From: Ferruginibacter sp.
GTDB lineage: Bacteria > Bacteroidota > Bacteroidia > Chitinophagales > Chitinophagaceae
Reading direction: 5' to 3'
Assembly (NCBI GenBank): GCA_049661965.1
Contig: JBATAS010000245.1
Span: 538 to 64,537, forward strand
DNA length: 64,000 nucleotides
Shown: piece after piece, positions 27,111 to 36,491 of the stretch
How the letters are laid out: each line of letters opens with the position of its first letter
Position numbering within the stretch: the stretch's first letter is position 1
Notes under the pieces: model-generated
Told to the model about the DNA's origin: nothing
Seen by the model: the letters and a program-made list of their open reading frames with translations, nothing else
The model's database searches: none
Program-made: the position numbers and the translations under genes

Positions 27111-28374
27111 AGCAGTTTCGGATATCAATCAACTCACTGACCATCTTTTCCGCCGTGAATCGGGAAAGATGGTTGCTGTTTTAACCAAGGTCTTCGGTAC
27201 CGAAAATATCAGGCTGGCCGAAGATGTGGTACAGGAAACCTTTCTAACGGCGGTGCAAACCTGGGGGCTGAAAGGATTACCCGATAATCCATCGGGCTGG
27301 TTGATGCAGGTTGCCAAAAACAAAACCATTGATGCACTGCGACGAAATAAATTTTCGGCACAGATAGATTTCAACGACCCCGAAAGAAAACTCCTGGCAT
27401 CGGAATACACATTGGCCATACAGATGGAAAAGCTATGGCAGGAAGATGAAATAAAAGACGATCAGTTGCGGATGATGTTTGCCTGCTGTCATCCCGAACT
27501 TACGGTTGAATACCAGATAAGCCTGATACTGAAAACCCTTTGCGGTTTTTCCACTGCCGAAATTGCAAAAGCATTTCTTACATCAGAAGATACCATCTCC
27601 AAAAGAATTTACCGGGCCAAAGAATTTTTCAGGGATAAAAAAATAAAACCGGCATTTCCCGATACCGGCCTTTTAAAACTCCGTACCGAAGCTGTATTAA
27701 AAACCATCTATTTAATTTTTAATGAAGGTTATAATTCATCGCATTCCGATGAGTTGATACGCCGTGACCTGCTGGCACAAGCTATGTACCTCTGCAACCT
27801 GTTATGCAGTAACCCCCAAACACAAATGCCCGAAACCTATGCCGCCATGGCGTTGATGTGTTTTCATGCGGCAAGGATCAACAGCCGCATAAATGAAGAA
27901 GGCGAAATAATATTACTGGCACAACAGGACCGCAGTAAATGGAACCGTGCACTGATGGCCGAAGGCAACGACTATATGAACAAAGCCGCTTTTGGCGACA
28001 GCCTCAGCAGCTACCATATTGAAGCCGCCATTGCTTACGAACATTGCAGTGCCCCAACTTTTGAGCAAACCAACTGGAAACAGATACTTGATTATTACGA
28101 CATGCTGGTGCTGATACATCCCACAGCTATTGTGGCCCTCAACCGCCTTACGGTTGTTTATAAATTTAACGGAGCCGCCGCTACCCTGCCCCAGTTAAAC
28201 AGCTCCCCATTCCTGGGCGAATGGAAAAAACATTATCTCTACTACAGTTTACTTGCCGAGATATATGCGGCTACCGACAAAGAAAAAGCTGTATCAAATT
28301 TTGAAAAAGCAATTTCACTTACCCAATCGGATGCAGAGAAGAAATTGTTAAGGAAGAAGATGGGAAATTTATAA
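27103..28374 (+). CDS. ECF sigma factor with C-terminal DUF6596/TPR extension (ECF42-like)
   Basis: AEDVVQE, DDQLRMMFACCHP, YLIFNEGY, LLAQQDRSKW, EAAIAYEH; next to DGPF genes. Confidence 0.92.
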   Translation: MNKAVSDINQLTDHLFRRESGKMVAVLTKVFGTENIRLAEDVVQETFLTAVQTWGLKGLPDNPSGWLMQVAKNKTIDALRRNKFSAQIDFNDPERKLLASEYTLAIQMEKLWQEDEIKDDQLRMMFACCHPELTVEYQISLILKTLCGFSTAEIAKAFLTSEDTISKRIYRAKEFFRDKKIKPAFPDTGLLKLRTEAVLKTIYLIFNEGYNSSHSDELIRRDLLAQAMYLCNLLCSNPQTQMPETYAAMALMCFHAARINSRINEEGEIILLAQQDRSKWNRALMAEGNDYMNKAAFGDSLSSYHIEAAIAYEHCSAPTFEQTNWKQILDYYDMLVLIHPTAIVALNRLTVVYKFNGAAATLPQLNSSPFLGEWKKHYLYYSLLAEIYAATDKEKAVSNFEKAISLTQSDAEKKLLRKKMGNL

Positions 28375-28377
28375 TTT

Positions 28378-28480
28378 CGTTACATTGCATAATGGTATAC
28401 GATTTGTACAAATTTGTACTGATAATCAATAGAAAATTGTACAAAAAATGACGCCAATGCAAATGTTGGCTGATATTTTA
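28378..28480. repeat. attC-like imperfect hairpin ending in the core GTTGGCT
   Basis: ACATTGCAT..TGG...TTTGTACAA / TTGTACAAA...CCA.ATGCAAATGT arms followed by GTTGGCTGATATTTT at 28465. Confidence 0.45.
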
Positions 28481-28501
28481 AACCGACATTCTATTTCTAC
28501 A

Positions 28502-29065
28502 ATGAAATTAAAATTTGCATTATTTACTTTTCTCCTAATTTTTGCTAGAGGCTGCGACTTTTATTCAACAAGTCTTTGGTTTTTTGACAATCCAACAGGT
28601 GAAACAAACCCATTATACAGATTTCTTGGAATTGGGTGGACAGGCTTAATTTTTGCTAATGTAATAATTGTTGGACTAGTTATCTATGCATATTACTTTT
28701 ACAATTTCAAGTACAAGAGAACTACAAATTTATACAAAGAACCATCAAATTATAAAGAGTTAGCTTCTCTACAATACTTTAACACGACCGATAAATTTCA
28801 TCAAATTTTCTATAAAGTTCCGAACAACAAAAAGGTGTTATTTGCCCATTTTGGGTATGTTATGACAATTGTAATTATTATCGGGAGTTTTCTAGCGACA
28901 ATTCACAATTTATGTCAATACTATGGGTTTGATTTTTATAGCCACTTTAGAGTTATTGTTGGCAGACCTCTTTTTGTTATTTACGGCTTAATGGCTATGA
29001 CACTAATTTTGACATACCGTAATCTATTAATAAATGAGTACAATATCTATAAAAACATCAGCTAA
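28502..29065 (+). CDS. Hypothetical membrane protein (AT-rich, cassette-like)
   Basis: Four hydrophobic segments, D..ST......GE.NP motif; start at MKLKF; stop TAA lies inside AGCTAAC. Confidence 0.7.
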   Translation: MKLKFALFTFLLIFARGCDFYSTSLWFFDNPTGETNPLYRFLGIGWTGLIFANVIIVGLVIYAYYFYNFKYKRTTNLYKEPSNYKELASLQYFNTTDKFHQIFYKVPNNKKVLFAHFGYVMTIVIIIGSFLATIHNLCQYYGFDFYSHFRVIVGRPLFVIYGLMAMTLILTYRNLLINEYNIYKNIS

Positions 29066-29230
29066 CATCGGGTTTTGTGCAAGGCTGGCAGGAGGTTGTC
29101 CTGCCCAGGCAGCAGTAACTTTGCTGGGCTTTGTTTAGGGCTGGAGAAGTAACTCTCAGCTTTTATTTATTATCTTCAACTTTAGTAATTCTGTGGGGTT
29201 TTGTACAATTTCATCGAACCACCGCAACCT
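29060..29230 (+). repeat. attC-like element, copy 1 (right arm decayed)
   Basis: Begins AGCTAAC; contains TTTGTGCAAGGCTGGCAG...GGCAGCAGTAACTTT, repeated at 30390-30437. Confidence 0.55.
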
Positions 29231-29245
29231 TTAAAGTTTTAAATA

Positions 29246-29620
29246 ATGGAGGATAAAGATTCTATATTTTCAGATATACAAACAACAGAAGTAGAGGCCG
29301 CTTATTTTCAACGTGCACTTACCAACCTGATTGATTGGGCTATTGATATTTTGCTGATTGTTACCCTTTATTTACTTCTGCCTAAAGAAATAATTTCAAC
29401 TTTAATAAATACAAAATCGTATAGCACCTATATTATTGTTTTTGTTTTAATGCTTGTATACAGGCTACTCTGTCTTCTGGTATTCGGAAAAACAATTGGC
29501 ATGATGCTGTGTAAAATAAAATACTTGAATAGTACTTTACAGCCTTTAACTCAAAAAGAAAAACTGATAGCAGTATTTGCAGTACGCACATCAAATATCA
29601 AATATTATAAAGTAGTCTAA
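29246..29620 (+). CDS. RDD family membrane protein
   Basis: R....LID..ID, G.TIG motif, TM helices. Confidence 0.75.
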   Translation: MEDKDSIFSDIQTTEVEAAYFQRALTNLIDWAIDILLIVTLYLLLPKEIISTLINTKSYSTYIIVFVLMLVYRLLCLLVFGKTIGMMLCKIKYLNSTLQPLTQKEKLIAVFAVRTSNIKYYKVV

Positions 29621-29697
29621 AGAAACTGCCCTCAGCATTGGCATTAATAAAAAGATAGTGAAGTTTCGTGTGGCAGATGACTTTAAAAAACAAAAAG

Positions 29698-29985
29698 ATG
29701 ACAAGTAAAATTTCCAATGGTATCCTGCATGAAGTACCGGATGATATGCAAAAAGCATTGGTATCCCATTCAGGTATTCTTGTGAAATGGAATAATCTTA
29801 CGCCTATTCAACGCAACGAATGGATCTGCTGGGTTACTATAGTAAAAAAAAGCGAAACGAGGGTAGAACATATTAACCGTATGGTTGAAGAACTGGAAGA
29901 AGGAAAACGGCAACCCTGTTGCTGGCCCGGATGTCCGCACAGGAGGCCAAATGCAAAAAAATGGTTTAAAAAACTTGAAATATGA
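29698..29985 (+). CDS. YdeI/OmpD-associated family protein
   Basis: VPDD...AL, W..LTP..R.EWI.W....K..ETR..I, CCWPGCPHR; start at MTSKIS. Confidence 0.85.
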   Translation: MTSKISNGILHEVPDDMQKALVSHSGILVKWNNLTPIQRNEWICWVTIVKKSETRVEHINRMVEELEEGKRQPCCWPGCPHRRPNAKKWFKKLEI

Positions 29986-30347
29986 AAGCAACACCAGAAC
30001 ACCATGAACGAATTGCAAAGATGGTATTTGCAGGGGTATACCCACACTACATTACAAAGGTTGAGAATAAAGGCAGGACAAAGGAAGAACTGCATCAGGT
30101 GATAAAGTGGCTGACGGGTTTTGATGAAAAAAAACTACAGGAACTGATTGATAAGAAAGCGACTTTTGAAACATTCTTCAGAAAAGCAAAATTAAACCCC
30201 AATGCTCATCTCATAACAGGAGTGATTTGTGGCTACCGGATTGAAGAAATTGAAAACCCCTTAACAAAACAGGCAAGGTACCTGGATAAGCTGGTGGACG
30301 AATTGGCAAAAGGGCGGAAGATGGAAAAGATTTTGCGAACTGCATAA
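29982..30347 (+). CDS. DUF2200 family protein
   Basis: FAGVYPHY..KVE.KGRTKEE, GVICGYRIEEI, RYLDKLVDELAKG. Confidence 0.92.
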   Translation: MKATPEHHERIAKMVFAGVYPHYITKVENKGRTKEELHQVIKWLTGFDEKKLQELIDKKATFETFFRKAKLNPNAHLITGVICGYRIEEIENPLTKQARYLDKLVDELAKGRKMEKILRTA

Positions 30348-30370
30348 AACGGTACGATAAGAAAGAAACA

Positions 30371-30437
30371 TTGCCTGAAACATAGATGCTTTGTGCAAGG
30401 CTGGCAGTATCTGGTCCTCTCCGGCAGCAGTAACTTT
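30371..30437 (+). repeat. attC-like element, copy 2 (degenerate/truncated)
   Basis: TTTGTGCAAGGCTGGCAG-N15-GGCAGCAGTAACTTT; 18-nt and 15-nt blocks identical to 29074-29122. Confidence 0.55.
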
Positions 30438-30456
30438 TCTAAAAACGGTTTTAACT

Positions 30457-30852
30457 ATGGAAAAAATATCTCCCTTTTTAATGTTTGATGGTTGTGCCGA
30501 AGAAGCCATTAATTTTTACACCGGCATTTTCAGTAAATCTGATATAAAATTCATAAAACGATATTTGGTTGGTGAGGCCGGTACTCCGGGTAAGGTAGAG
30601 GTAGCCGTGTTTTCGCTTAACGGCCAGGAGTTTAAATGTATTGACAGTGTTGCAAAACATGATTTTACATTCACCCCTGCCTTATCTTTATTTGTAGAAT
30701 GTGAAACAGAAAAAGAAATTGATGAAGCCTTTGAGAAACTTGCAGATGGCGGCGAGGTTTTTATGCCACTGACCGTTTATCCGTTCAGTAATAAGTTTGG
30801 CTGGGTTGCCGATAAATTTGGTGTTTCGTGGCAGTTAGCTTTCAATACATAA
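30457..30852 (+). CDS. VOC family protein (3-demethylubiquinone-9 3-methyltransferase-like)
   Basis: KISPFLMF.G.AEEA..FY, FTPA.S.FV.C, FGWV.DKFGVSWQ; start at MEKIS. Confidence 0.9.
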   Translation: MEKISPFLMFDGCAEEAINFYTGIFSKSDIKFIKRYLVGEAGTPGKVEVAVFSLNGQEFKCIDSVAKHDFTFTPALSLFVECETEKEIDEAFEKLADGGEVFMPLTVYPFSNKFGWVADKFGVSWQLAFNT

Positions 30853-30853
30853 T

Positions 30854-31219
30854 ATGAATACAGAAAACAAGGCCCGGGTTAATGAATTTATGCAGCAGCT
30901 TAACCATCCTTTACAGGCTGAAATTGAAGCAGTGCGTTCAATCATCATCAAAGCAAACAAAAAAATTGCAGAGCGAATTAAATGGAATGCTCCAAGCTTT
31001 TTTTATATAGAAGACCTGGCCACTATACACGTAAAAGCACAACAACATGTGCTGCTCATATTTCATCATCCTGCCATTGTTAAAATAAAGTCGGCTTTTT
31101 TAGAAGGCGATTATAAAGACCGGCGGATGATGTACTTCAACAATATGAAAGAAGTAAAAGCCCGAAAGCCCGAACTGACAAGGATCATAAATGAGCTGGT
31201 TGGTTTGATGAAAACATAA
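30854..31219 (+). CDS. DUF1801 domain protein
   Basis: R.II......I.E.IKWNAPSF. Confidence 0.82.
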   Translation: MNTENKARVNEFMQQLNHPLQAEIEAVRSIIIKANKKIAERIKWNAPSFFYIEDLATIHVKAQQHVLLIFHHPAIVKIKSAFLEGDYKDRRMMYFNNMKEVKARKPELTRIINELVGLMKT

Positions 31220-31332
31220 CAGTGTCTTTTTTGTGAGCCAGGCTCATCATTTTATTGTTGCAACTGCTGCTGCATATTCTTCAGAAAACTATAACATTTC
31301 ATCTCAGTTTTTTGGGCTACATTTAATACTGC

Positions 31333-32313
31333 ATGAATACAGTAAAACGATATATCATTGCACTCTCTGCCGTTTTGCTTACTACTTATTTACCGGCACA
31401 AAATTTAACAGGTACCTGGGAAGGTGATATGGGTACTTACCAGTTTTTACAACTCAACATCATTCAGAACGGAGACAGGATATGTGGCTATAGCTGGGAT
31501 CATCTCAACTATGACCAGGAAAGTTTTTGCAAAGCCTATTTTGAAGCCCGCTTTGATAAAAAGAAAAACAGACTGATCATTGACGGCACTTCATTTTTTG
31601 CAAATACCGGGTCGCATACACTAATGCAGCTTGTATTGTCGCACAAATATGTAAATGACGAGCCGGTATTATTTCACGAACCTACTTTCTTTGAAAAACT
31701 CCAGGCTGTCATAGCCCAGGAAGAAGTAGAAACCGGTATATACCTTAAAAAAGTATCTGACCGCCCTACGCAGATTTTACCCGGCATGAGAGATTGTATG
31801 GACAAACATGAGATAATTGATGACCCTGTTATCAATGTTCCTGAACCACCTGCCGATATGCCTGAAGATATTACAATACCCGACCCCCCTGCAGATACTA
31901 TTGTAAAAATATCAGCACCGCCTGCGATTAAGAAAGACAGAATAAGTATTCCCGAAGAGCTTGAAAGAAGAAAGAATATAGAACAAAGCCATATTGAAGT
32001 AAATGTAAAAACCATTAATTTAAAAGTGTACGATAATGCTATTATGGATGGCGACACGGTAAGTATTCTGTACAACGGAAAAATGTTACTTAGCCATCAG
32101 TTACTTTCGGAAAAAGCAATTGAAATAAACCTGGAGCTTGACCCCAGGCAAACCCGCCACGAAATAACGCTGTTTGCAGAAAACCTTGGCAGCATACCGC
32201 CGAACACCGCTCTGATAGTTATTACTGCCGGTGAAAAACGTTATGAACTGTTTGCCAGTGCCAGCCTGGAAGAGAATGCAGTATTGGTTTTTGATTACCG
32301 GCCAAAAGAATAG
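31333..32313 (+). CDS. Secreted hypothetical protein with Pro-rich linker
   Basis: Signal peptide, LTGTWEG, Pro-rich segment, C-terminal YDN..DGD.VS...AENLG.IPPNTA domain. Confidence 0.7.
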   Translation: MNTVKRYIIALSAVLLTTYLPAQNLTGTWEGDMGTYQFLQLNIIQNGDRICGYSWDHLNYDQESFCKAYFEARFDKKKNRLIIDGTSFFANTGSHTLMQLVLSHKYVNDEPVLFHEPTFFEKLQAVIAQEEVETGIYLKKVSDRPTQILPGMRDCMDKHEIIDDPVINVPEPPADMPEDITIPDPPADTIVKISAPPAIKKDRISIPEELERRKNIEQSHIEVNVKTINLKVYDNAIMDGDTVSILYNGKMLLSHQLLSEKAIEINLELDPRQTRHEITLFAENLGSIPPNTALIVITAGEKRYELFASASLEENAVLVFDYRPKE

Positions 32314-32551
32314 CCGGCGTTACAGCCATAATTTGAATTACAGCCCTACCCTTCGCAGTTACTCTATCATAATTTACTCTTTTACTTTGCAGTCTGCCTG
32401 TAAATGTGTTACTTTAAGAACATTTACCGGATTGACGAACAACAGCTTACCACGCTCATCCCACCAGGAAAATTCAGGCGGATTATTATAAAAACAATGG
32501 CTTTATAATAAAGGATATAAAACAGAACACTACTTTAACCAAAACAACTGC

Positions 32552-33805
32552 ATGCAAACATTAACTCCTGTTCGTACTGAAGAACGAATTGTTTTTATGG
32601 ACGTACTCCGGGGATTTGCCATCCTCGGTATTTTTATCGCCAACCTGGGCACCGGTTTCAGCTGGTACAACGAATCTGCAAAACTAAGCGGCCCCTGGCT
32701 CCTGCCCGATGCAGATCACAACATGTTATTCCTGCATCATATGCTGCTCGAAGGAAAATTTTATTCCATCTTCAGCCTTTTATTTGGCTGGGGCATAGCC
32801 CTGCAGGTACAAAAAGGAATAGACAAAGGAATCAGTGCTTTACCAACCATCAGGCGAAGGTTATGCATTATGTTACTGCTTGGTGCTGTTCATTTACTCA
32901 TCTGGCCCGGCGATATCGTTTTCTTTTATGCTTTGCTTGGTTTTTTATTGTTACCGCTTCGTAAATTATCTGATAAGGCTTTGTTGATTACGGGCTGCAT
33001 ACTTATACTGCTGCCTGTTCTTTTATACGCTGCTAAAATGTACTGGCAATGGCTGAATGCACCGGCTTTTGCGTTATATGATACCGGTATGCAGGTTGAT
33101 AATTATTTGAACGGAACCACATCGGAAGAAGGTTTTATGAACCTGATGCGGCATGGCGACTGGTGGTCGGTTTTTAAATCGGATCTAAGCGGTTTCTTCT
33201 TCCGTTATGGCGATTTGTTTTTTCAAAGCCGCATACCCAAAGTATTGGGCATGTTTCTGGTTGGTTATGCTTTGGGCCGCAGCAACTTTTATAAAAATAT
33301 CCAACAACATAAAAAAACACTGTATTATACTATTGCTTTTGGTTTGGTGGTTGGCCTGCCGGCAAATTATTTGCTGTCACAAAGTATGTTCCTGCACAGC
33401 CGCGATTACTATGATCTTAAAATAAATGGTTTTTACCGGACTGTATATTATGCAATAGGGGTAGCCCCGTTGGCCATGGCTTATGTTGCTATGTTCATGC
33501 TCTGGTTTCAAACAGGTATGGGTAAAAAGTTAAGCTCCTTTCTGGCACCCGTTGGTAAAATGGCTTTCAGTAATTATATGCTGCAGTCGCTCATTGGCAA
33601 TTTTGTTTTCCTGGGTGCAGGACTTGGCTACATGGAAAAAGTTGGACCGGTTTATTATACTTTGTTTGGGGTAATAATTTTTGCCGGACAGGTAATCCTC
33701 AGTACCTATTGGCTAAAGTATTTTAATTATGGACCTGTGGAATGGATATGGCGGAGTGCAACGTATAAAAAATGGCAGCCTTTCAGAAAAAAGAATTTAA
33801 AATAA
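32552..33805 (+). CDS. DUF418 (YeiB-like) membrane protein
   Basis: DVLRGFAILGI, GKFY.IFS.LFG, GKMA.SNY..QS, GP.EW.WR. Confidence 0.92.
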   Translation: MQTLTPVRTEERIVFMDVLRGFAILGIFIANLGTGFSWYNESAKLSGPWLLPDADHNMLFLHHMLLEGKFYSIFSLLFGWGIALQVQKGIDKGISALPTIRRRLCIMLLLGAVHLLIWPGDIVFFYALLGFLLLPLRKLSDKALLITGCILILLPVLLYAAKMYWQWLNAPAFALYDTGMQVDNYLNGTTSEEGFMNLMRHGDWWSVFKSDLSGFFFRYGDLFFQSRIPKVLGMFLVGYALGRSNFYKNIQQHKKTLYYTIAFGLVVGLPANYLLSQSMFLHSRDYYDLKINGFYRTVYYAIGVAPLAMAYVAMFMLWFQTGMGKKLSSFLAPVGKMAFSNYMLQSLIGNFVFLGAGLGYMEKVGPVYYTLFGVIIFAGQVILSTYWLKYFNYGPVEWIWRSATYKKWQPFRKKNLK

Positions 33806-33810
33806 TAAAC

Positions 33811-34968
33811 GTGAAAAAGTTATTAACCTTAACAATTGTTATCCTTTTCTATTCCTGTGCGTTTTCTCAAAAACCCAGAGCCAGGGATATCGGTATTCCA
33901 TTTAACGGTACGCCTGGAAAATACAATGCCATTACCGATGTAAAAGGAATTGAAGTGGGTTACAGTACTATCATTTCCGGTAACGGCAAAAACAGCCGTG
34001 GCAAAGGCCCTGTACGCACAGGTGTAACAGCCATCCTGCCGAGAGGCAGAAACAATAATCCTGTTTATGCCAACTGGTATGCATTAAATGGCAATGGTGA
34101 AATGACAGGAACAACCTGGATCACAGAATCGGGTTTCCTCGAAGGCCCCATCATGATCACCAATACAAACAGCGTTGGTGTTGTACGGGATGCCGTGTTG
34201 AAATGGTATGTAAAAACTGGCTGGTACAAAGAAGATTTCTGGTACACATATCCTGTAGTAGCAGAAACTTACGATGGCTTCTTAAATGACATTTATGGTT
34301 TTCATGTAAAAGAAAGCAATGCATTTGGAGCGTTGGATAGCGCAAAGAGCGGCTTTATAAAAGAAGGAAATGTAGGCGGAGGCACAGGTATGATGTGTCT
34401 GGGATTTAAAGGTGGATCAGGGACATCGTCAAGAGTAGTTAAAATAAAAGACTCTACTTACACAGTAGGTGTTTTTGTACAATCAAACTTTGGTGGCAAA
34501 AGAAATTTTACCATCGCCGGTGTACCCGTAGGCAGGGAATTAAAAGATACGATGAATTATGAATTTAAAGCTGCCCCATCCTACGAGCCCGGCGATGGCT
34601 CTATCATTGTAGTTGTGGCAACTGATGCGCCATTGTTGCCACACCAGTTAAAAAGAATTGCAGCCAGGGTTCCATTGGGTGTGGGCATTGTTGGTGGCCG
34701 TGGAGAGAATGGATCAGGCGATATTTTTATTGCTTTCTCTACAGCCAATCCTGCAGCATTTCAAAGAGAAGACTTTACTAAATTAGATGAATTACCCAAC
34801 GATTTAATAAGCCCTTTGTTTGATGCTACGGTACAGGCAACGGAAGAAGCAATCATCAATGCAATGGTTGCTGCCGAAACCATGGAAGGCATCAATGGTA
34901 ATAAAGCTTATGCACTGCCTCATAAACTGGTAATGGATGTTTTGAAAAAGTATAACCGGGTGAAATAA
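33811..34968 (+). CDS. DmpA-like (peptidase P1/S58) aminopeptidase with signal peptide
   Basis: NAITDV.G..VG, NG.GE.TG, EGNVGGGTGM, GDG|SIIVVVATDAP autocleavage site; GTG start 33811. Confidence 0.92.
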   Translation: MKKLLTLTIVILFYSCAFSQKPRARDIGIPFNGTPGKYNAITDVKGIEVGYSTIISGNGKNSRGKGPVRTGVTAILPRGRNNNPVYANWYALNGNGEMTGTTWITESGFLEGPIMITNTNSVGVVRDAVLKWYVKTGWYKEDFWYTYPVVAETYDGFLNDIYGFHVKESNAFGALDSAKSGFIKEGNVGGGTGMMCLGFKGGSGTSSRVVKIKDSTYTVGVFVQSNFGGKRNFTIAGVPVGRELKDTMNYEFKAAPSYEPGDGSIIVVVATDAPLLPHQLKRIAARVPLGVGIVGGRGENGSGDIFIAFSTANPAAFQREDFTKLDELPNDLISPLFDATVQATEEAIINAMVAAETMEGINGNKAYALPHKLVMDVLKKYNRVK

Positions 34969-34991
34969 AAATAATTCGTTTAACTTAAAGA

Positions 34992-36404
34992 ATGATGAAA
35001 AAAATATTTATTACCGCCTGTATTTGCTTTTTGGTACTTAACTGTACCGCCCAAAATAAAACCATTGATAGTTTAAAGAACCTGTTGCCACAAACAACCA
35101 AACCAACAGACAGGTTTCGCCTGATTGAAAAAATTCTTGAAAATATAAATAAATTTTCAGGGGATACCGACTCCTCTTTATCTATTGAATTACTTAAAAT
35201 AGCACAGCAACAGAACGACGATGCCTTGCTGGCCTCCAGTTACAACTGGATAGGCATTTATTTTTCACTTGCAAAAGGCGACAACACAACTGCTCTGGAA
35301 TATTATTTTAAAGCGCTGCCTCTTGCTGAAAAAACAAATGACAAGCGACGGATAAGCTCTATATACTTTGATATGGCACTTATTTACTTATACCTGCAGA
35401 ATAATGAGGAAATGCTTAAATTCAATCAACTTGGAAAAGATAATTTACCGGAAAAGACACATCCCTTGTACGATTTCATGTTAGTACAATATCAACGGGG
35501 CATGTCAACTTATTTTCTATTGAAAAATCAACCCGATTCTGCATTACACTACGCCCAGGCATTAATGGAAACCAGCCGCCGGGCAAAAAGCCTGCTCTTT
35601 GAATATGCCGCCTTGCATTTATCCGGAACTGCGTTTGCAGCAAAAGCTGAAAAAGAACTGGCCGAAATATATTTCAACAAGGCTCTGGCACTTACTGAAT
35701 TCATCACAAGCAATGCAGCAAAATTGAGATTTGAATCAGGCTATATTCCTTACTTACTTAATGAGAAAAGATTTTTGGAAGCCAAAGAACAAGCCAACCT
35801 GCTCCTGAGCCTGGGTAAAAAATTTAATAATAACAACCTGATGCTGGCGGGTGCCGGATATATGCGACAGGTTTTTGATGCAGCAAATAATAAAGACAGT
35901 GCATATTTTTTTTCGAGGATGGAAGCTGATATTAATGCAAGGATTTTCAGCCAGGATAATAACAACAAAATTCAGGCACTGGCTTTTAATGAACAGATCA
36001 GAAGTATAGAAGAGGAGGCAAAACAGGCAAATGCAGAACAGCGACGAAAACAAAATATCCAATACGCTCTGCTTGGTTTTGGTGTCATCAGTTTTCTCAT
36101 GTTGTTCTTGTTGCTCAGTCGTCGCATTATCACCAATACAAAAGTTATACAATTCCTGGGTATAGTAGCATTGCTGGTGGTGTTTGAATTTTTCAACTTA
36201 CTGCTGCATCCTTTTTTGGAGAGAGTTACACATCACAATCCTGTATTGATGCTGCTGGCATTGGTTTGTATAGCTGCTATATTAATCCCCTTTCACCATC
36301 GTTTGGAAAAATGGGCAACGGCCAAACTGGTGGAAAAGAATAAAAAAATAAGATTGGCGGCAGCAAAAAAAACGATTGAGCAACTGGAAGGAGAAACGGA
36401 ATAA
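34992..36404 (+). CDS. TPR repeat protein with C-terminal 3-helix membrane domain (paralogue of 12091-13881)
   Basis: Signal peptide, TPR repeats, NIQY..., FEF, AAIL.P.HH..E. Confidence 0.8.
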   Translation: MMKKIFITACICFLVLNCTAQNKTIDSLKNLLPQTTKPTDRFRLIEKILENINKFSGDTDSSLSIELLKIAQQQNDDALLASSYNWIGIYFSLAKGDNTTALEYYFKALPLAEKTNDKRRISSIYFDMALIYLYLQNNEEMLKFNQLGKDNLPEKTHPLYDFMLVQYQRGMSTYFLLKNQPDSALHYAQALMETSRRAKSLLFEYAALHLSGTAFAAKAEKELAEIYFNKALALTEFITSNAAKLRFESGYIPYLLNEKRFLEAKEQANLLLSLGKKFNNNNLMLAGAGYMRQVFDAANNKDSAYFFSRMEADINARIFSQDNNNKIQALAFNEQIRSIEEEAKQANAEQRRKQNIQYALLGFGVISFLMLFLLLSRRIITNTKVIQFLGIVALLVVFEFFNLLLHPFLERVTHHNPVLMLLALVCIAAILIPFHHRLEKWATAKLVEKNKKIRLAAAKKTIEQLEGETE

Positions 36405-36491
36405 TTAAACACTTTCTCATTTATCATTAACACTATATACGGTTAAATGAAAATACTATCTTAAATTAGTAACTCAAACCAAAATTGATTG

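Noticed and set aside
28378..30437. Complete functional integron
   Set aside because: No integrase or attI in the window, and the attC-like elements are decayed; reported only as cassette-like remnants
30391..30456. N-terminal extension MCKAGSIW... of the VOC ORF
   Set aside because: It is a translation of the repeated non-coding element; the family start is MEKISPF at 30457
32231..32491. 86-aa + strand ORF and AT-rich palindrome (TTATTATAAA...TTTATAATAA) upstream of DUF418
   Set aside because: The ORF overlaps a real gene out of frame and has no motif; the palindrome is low-complexity and cannot be assigned
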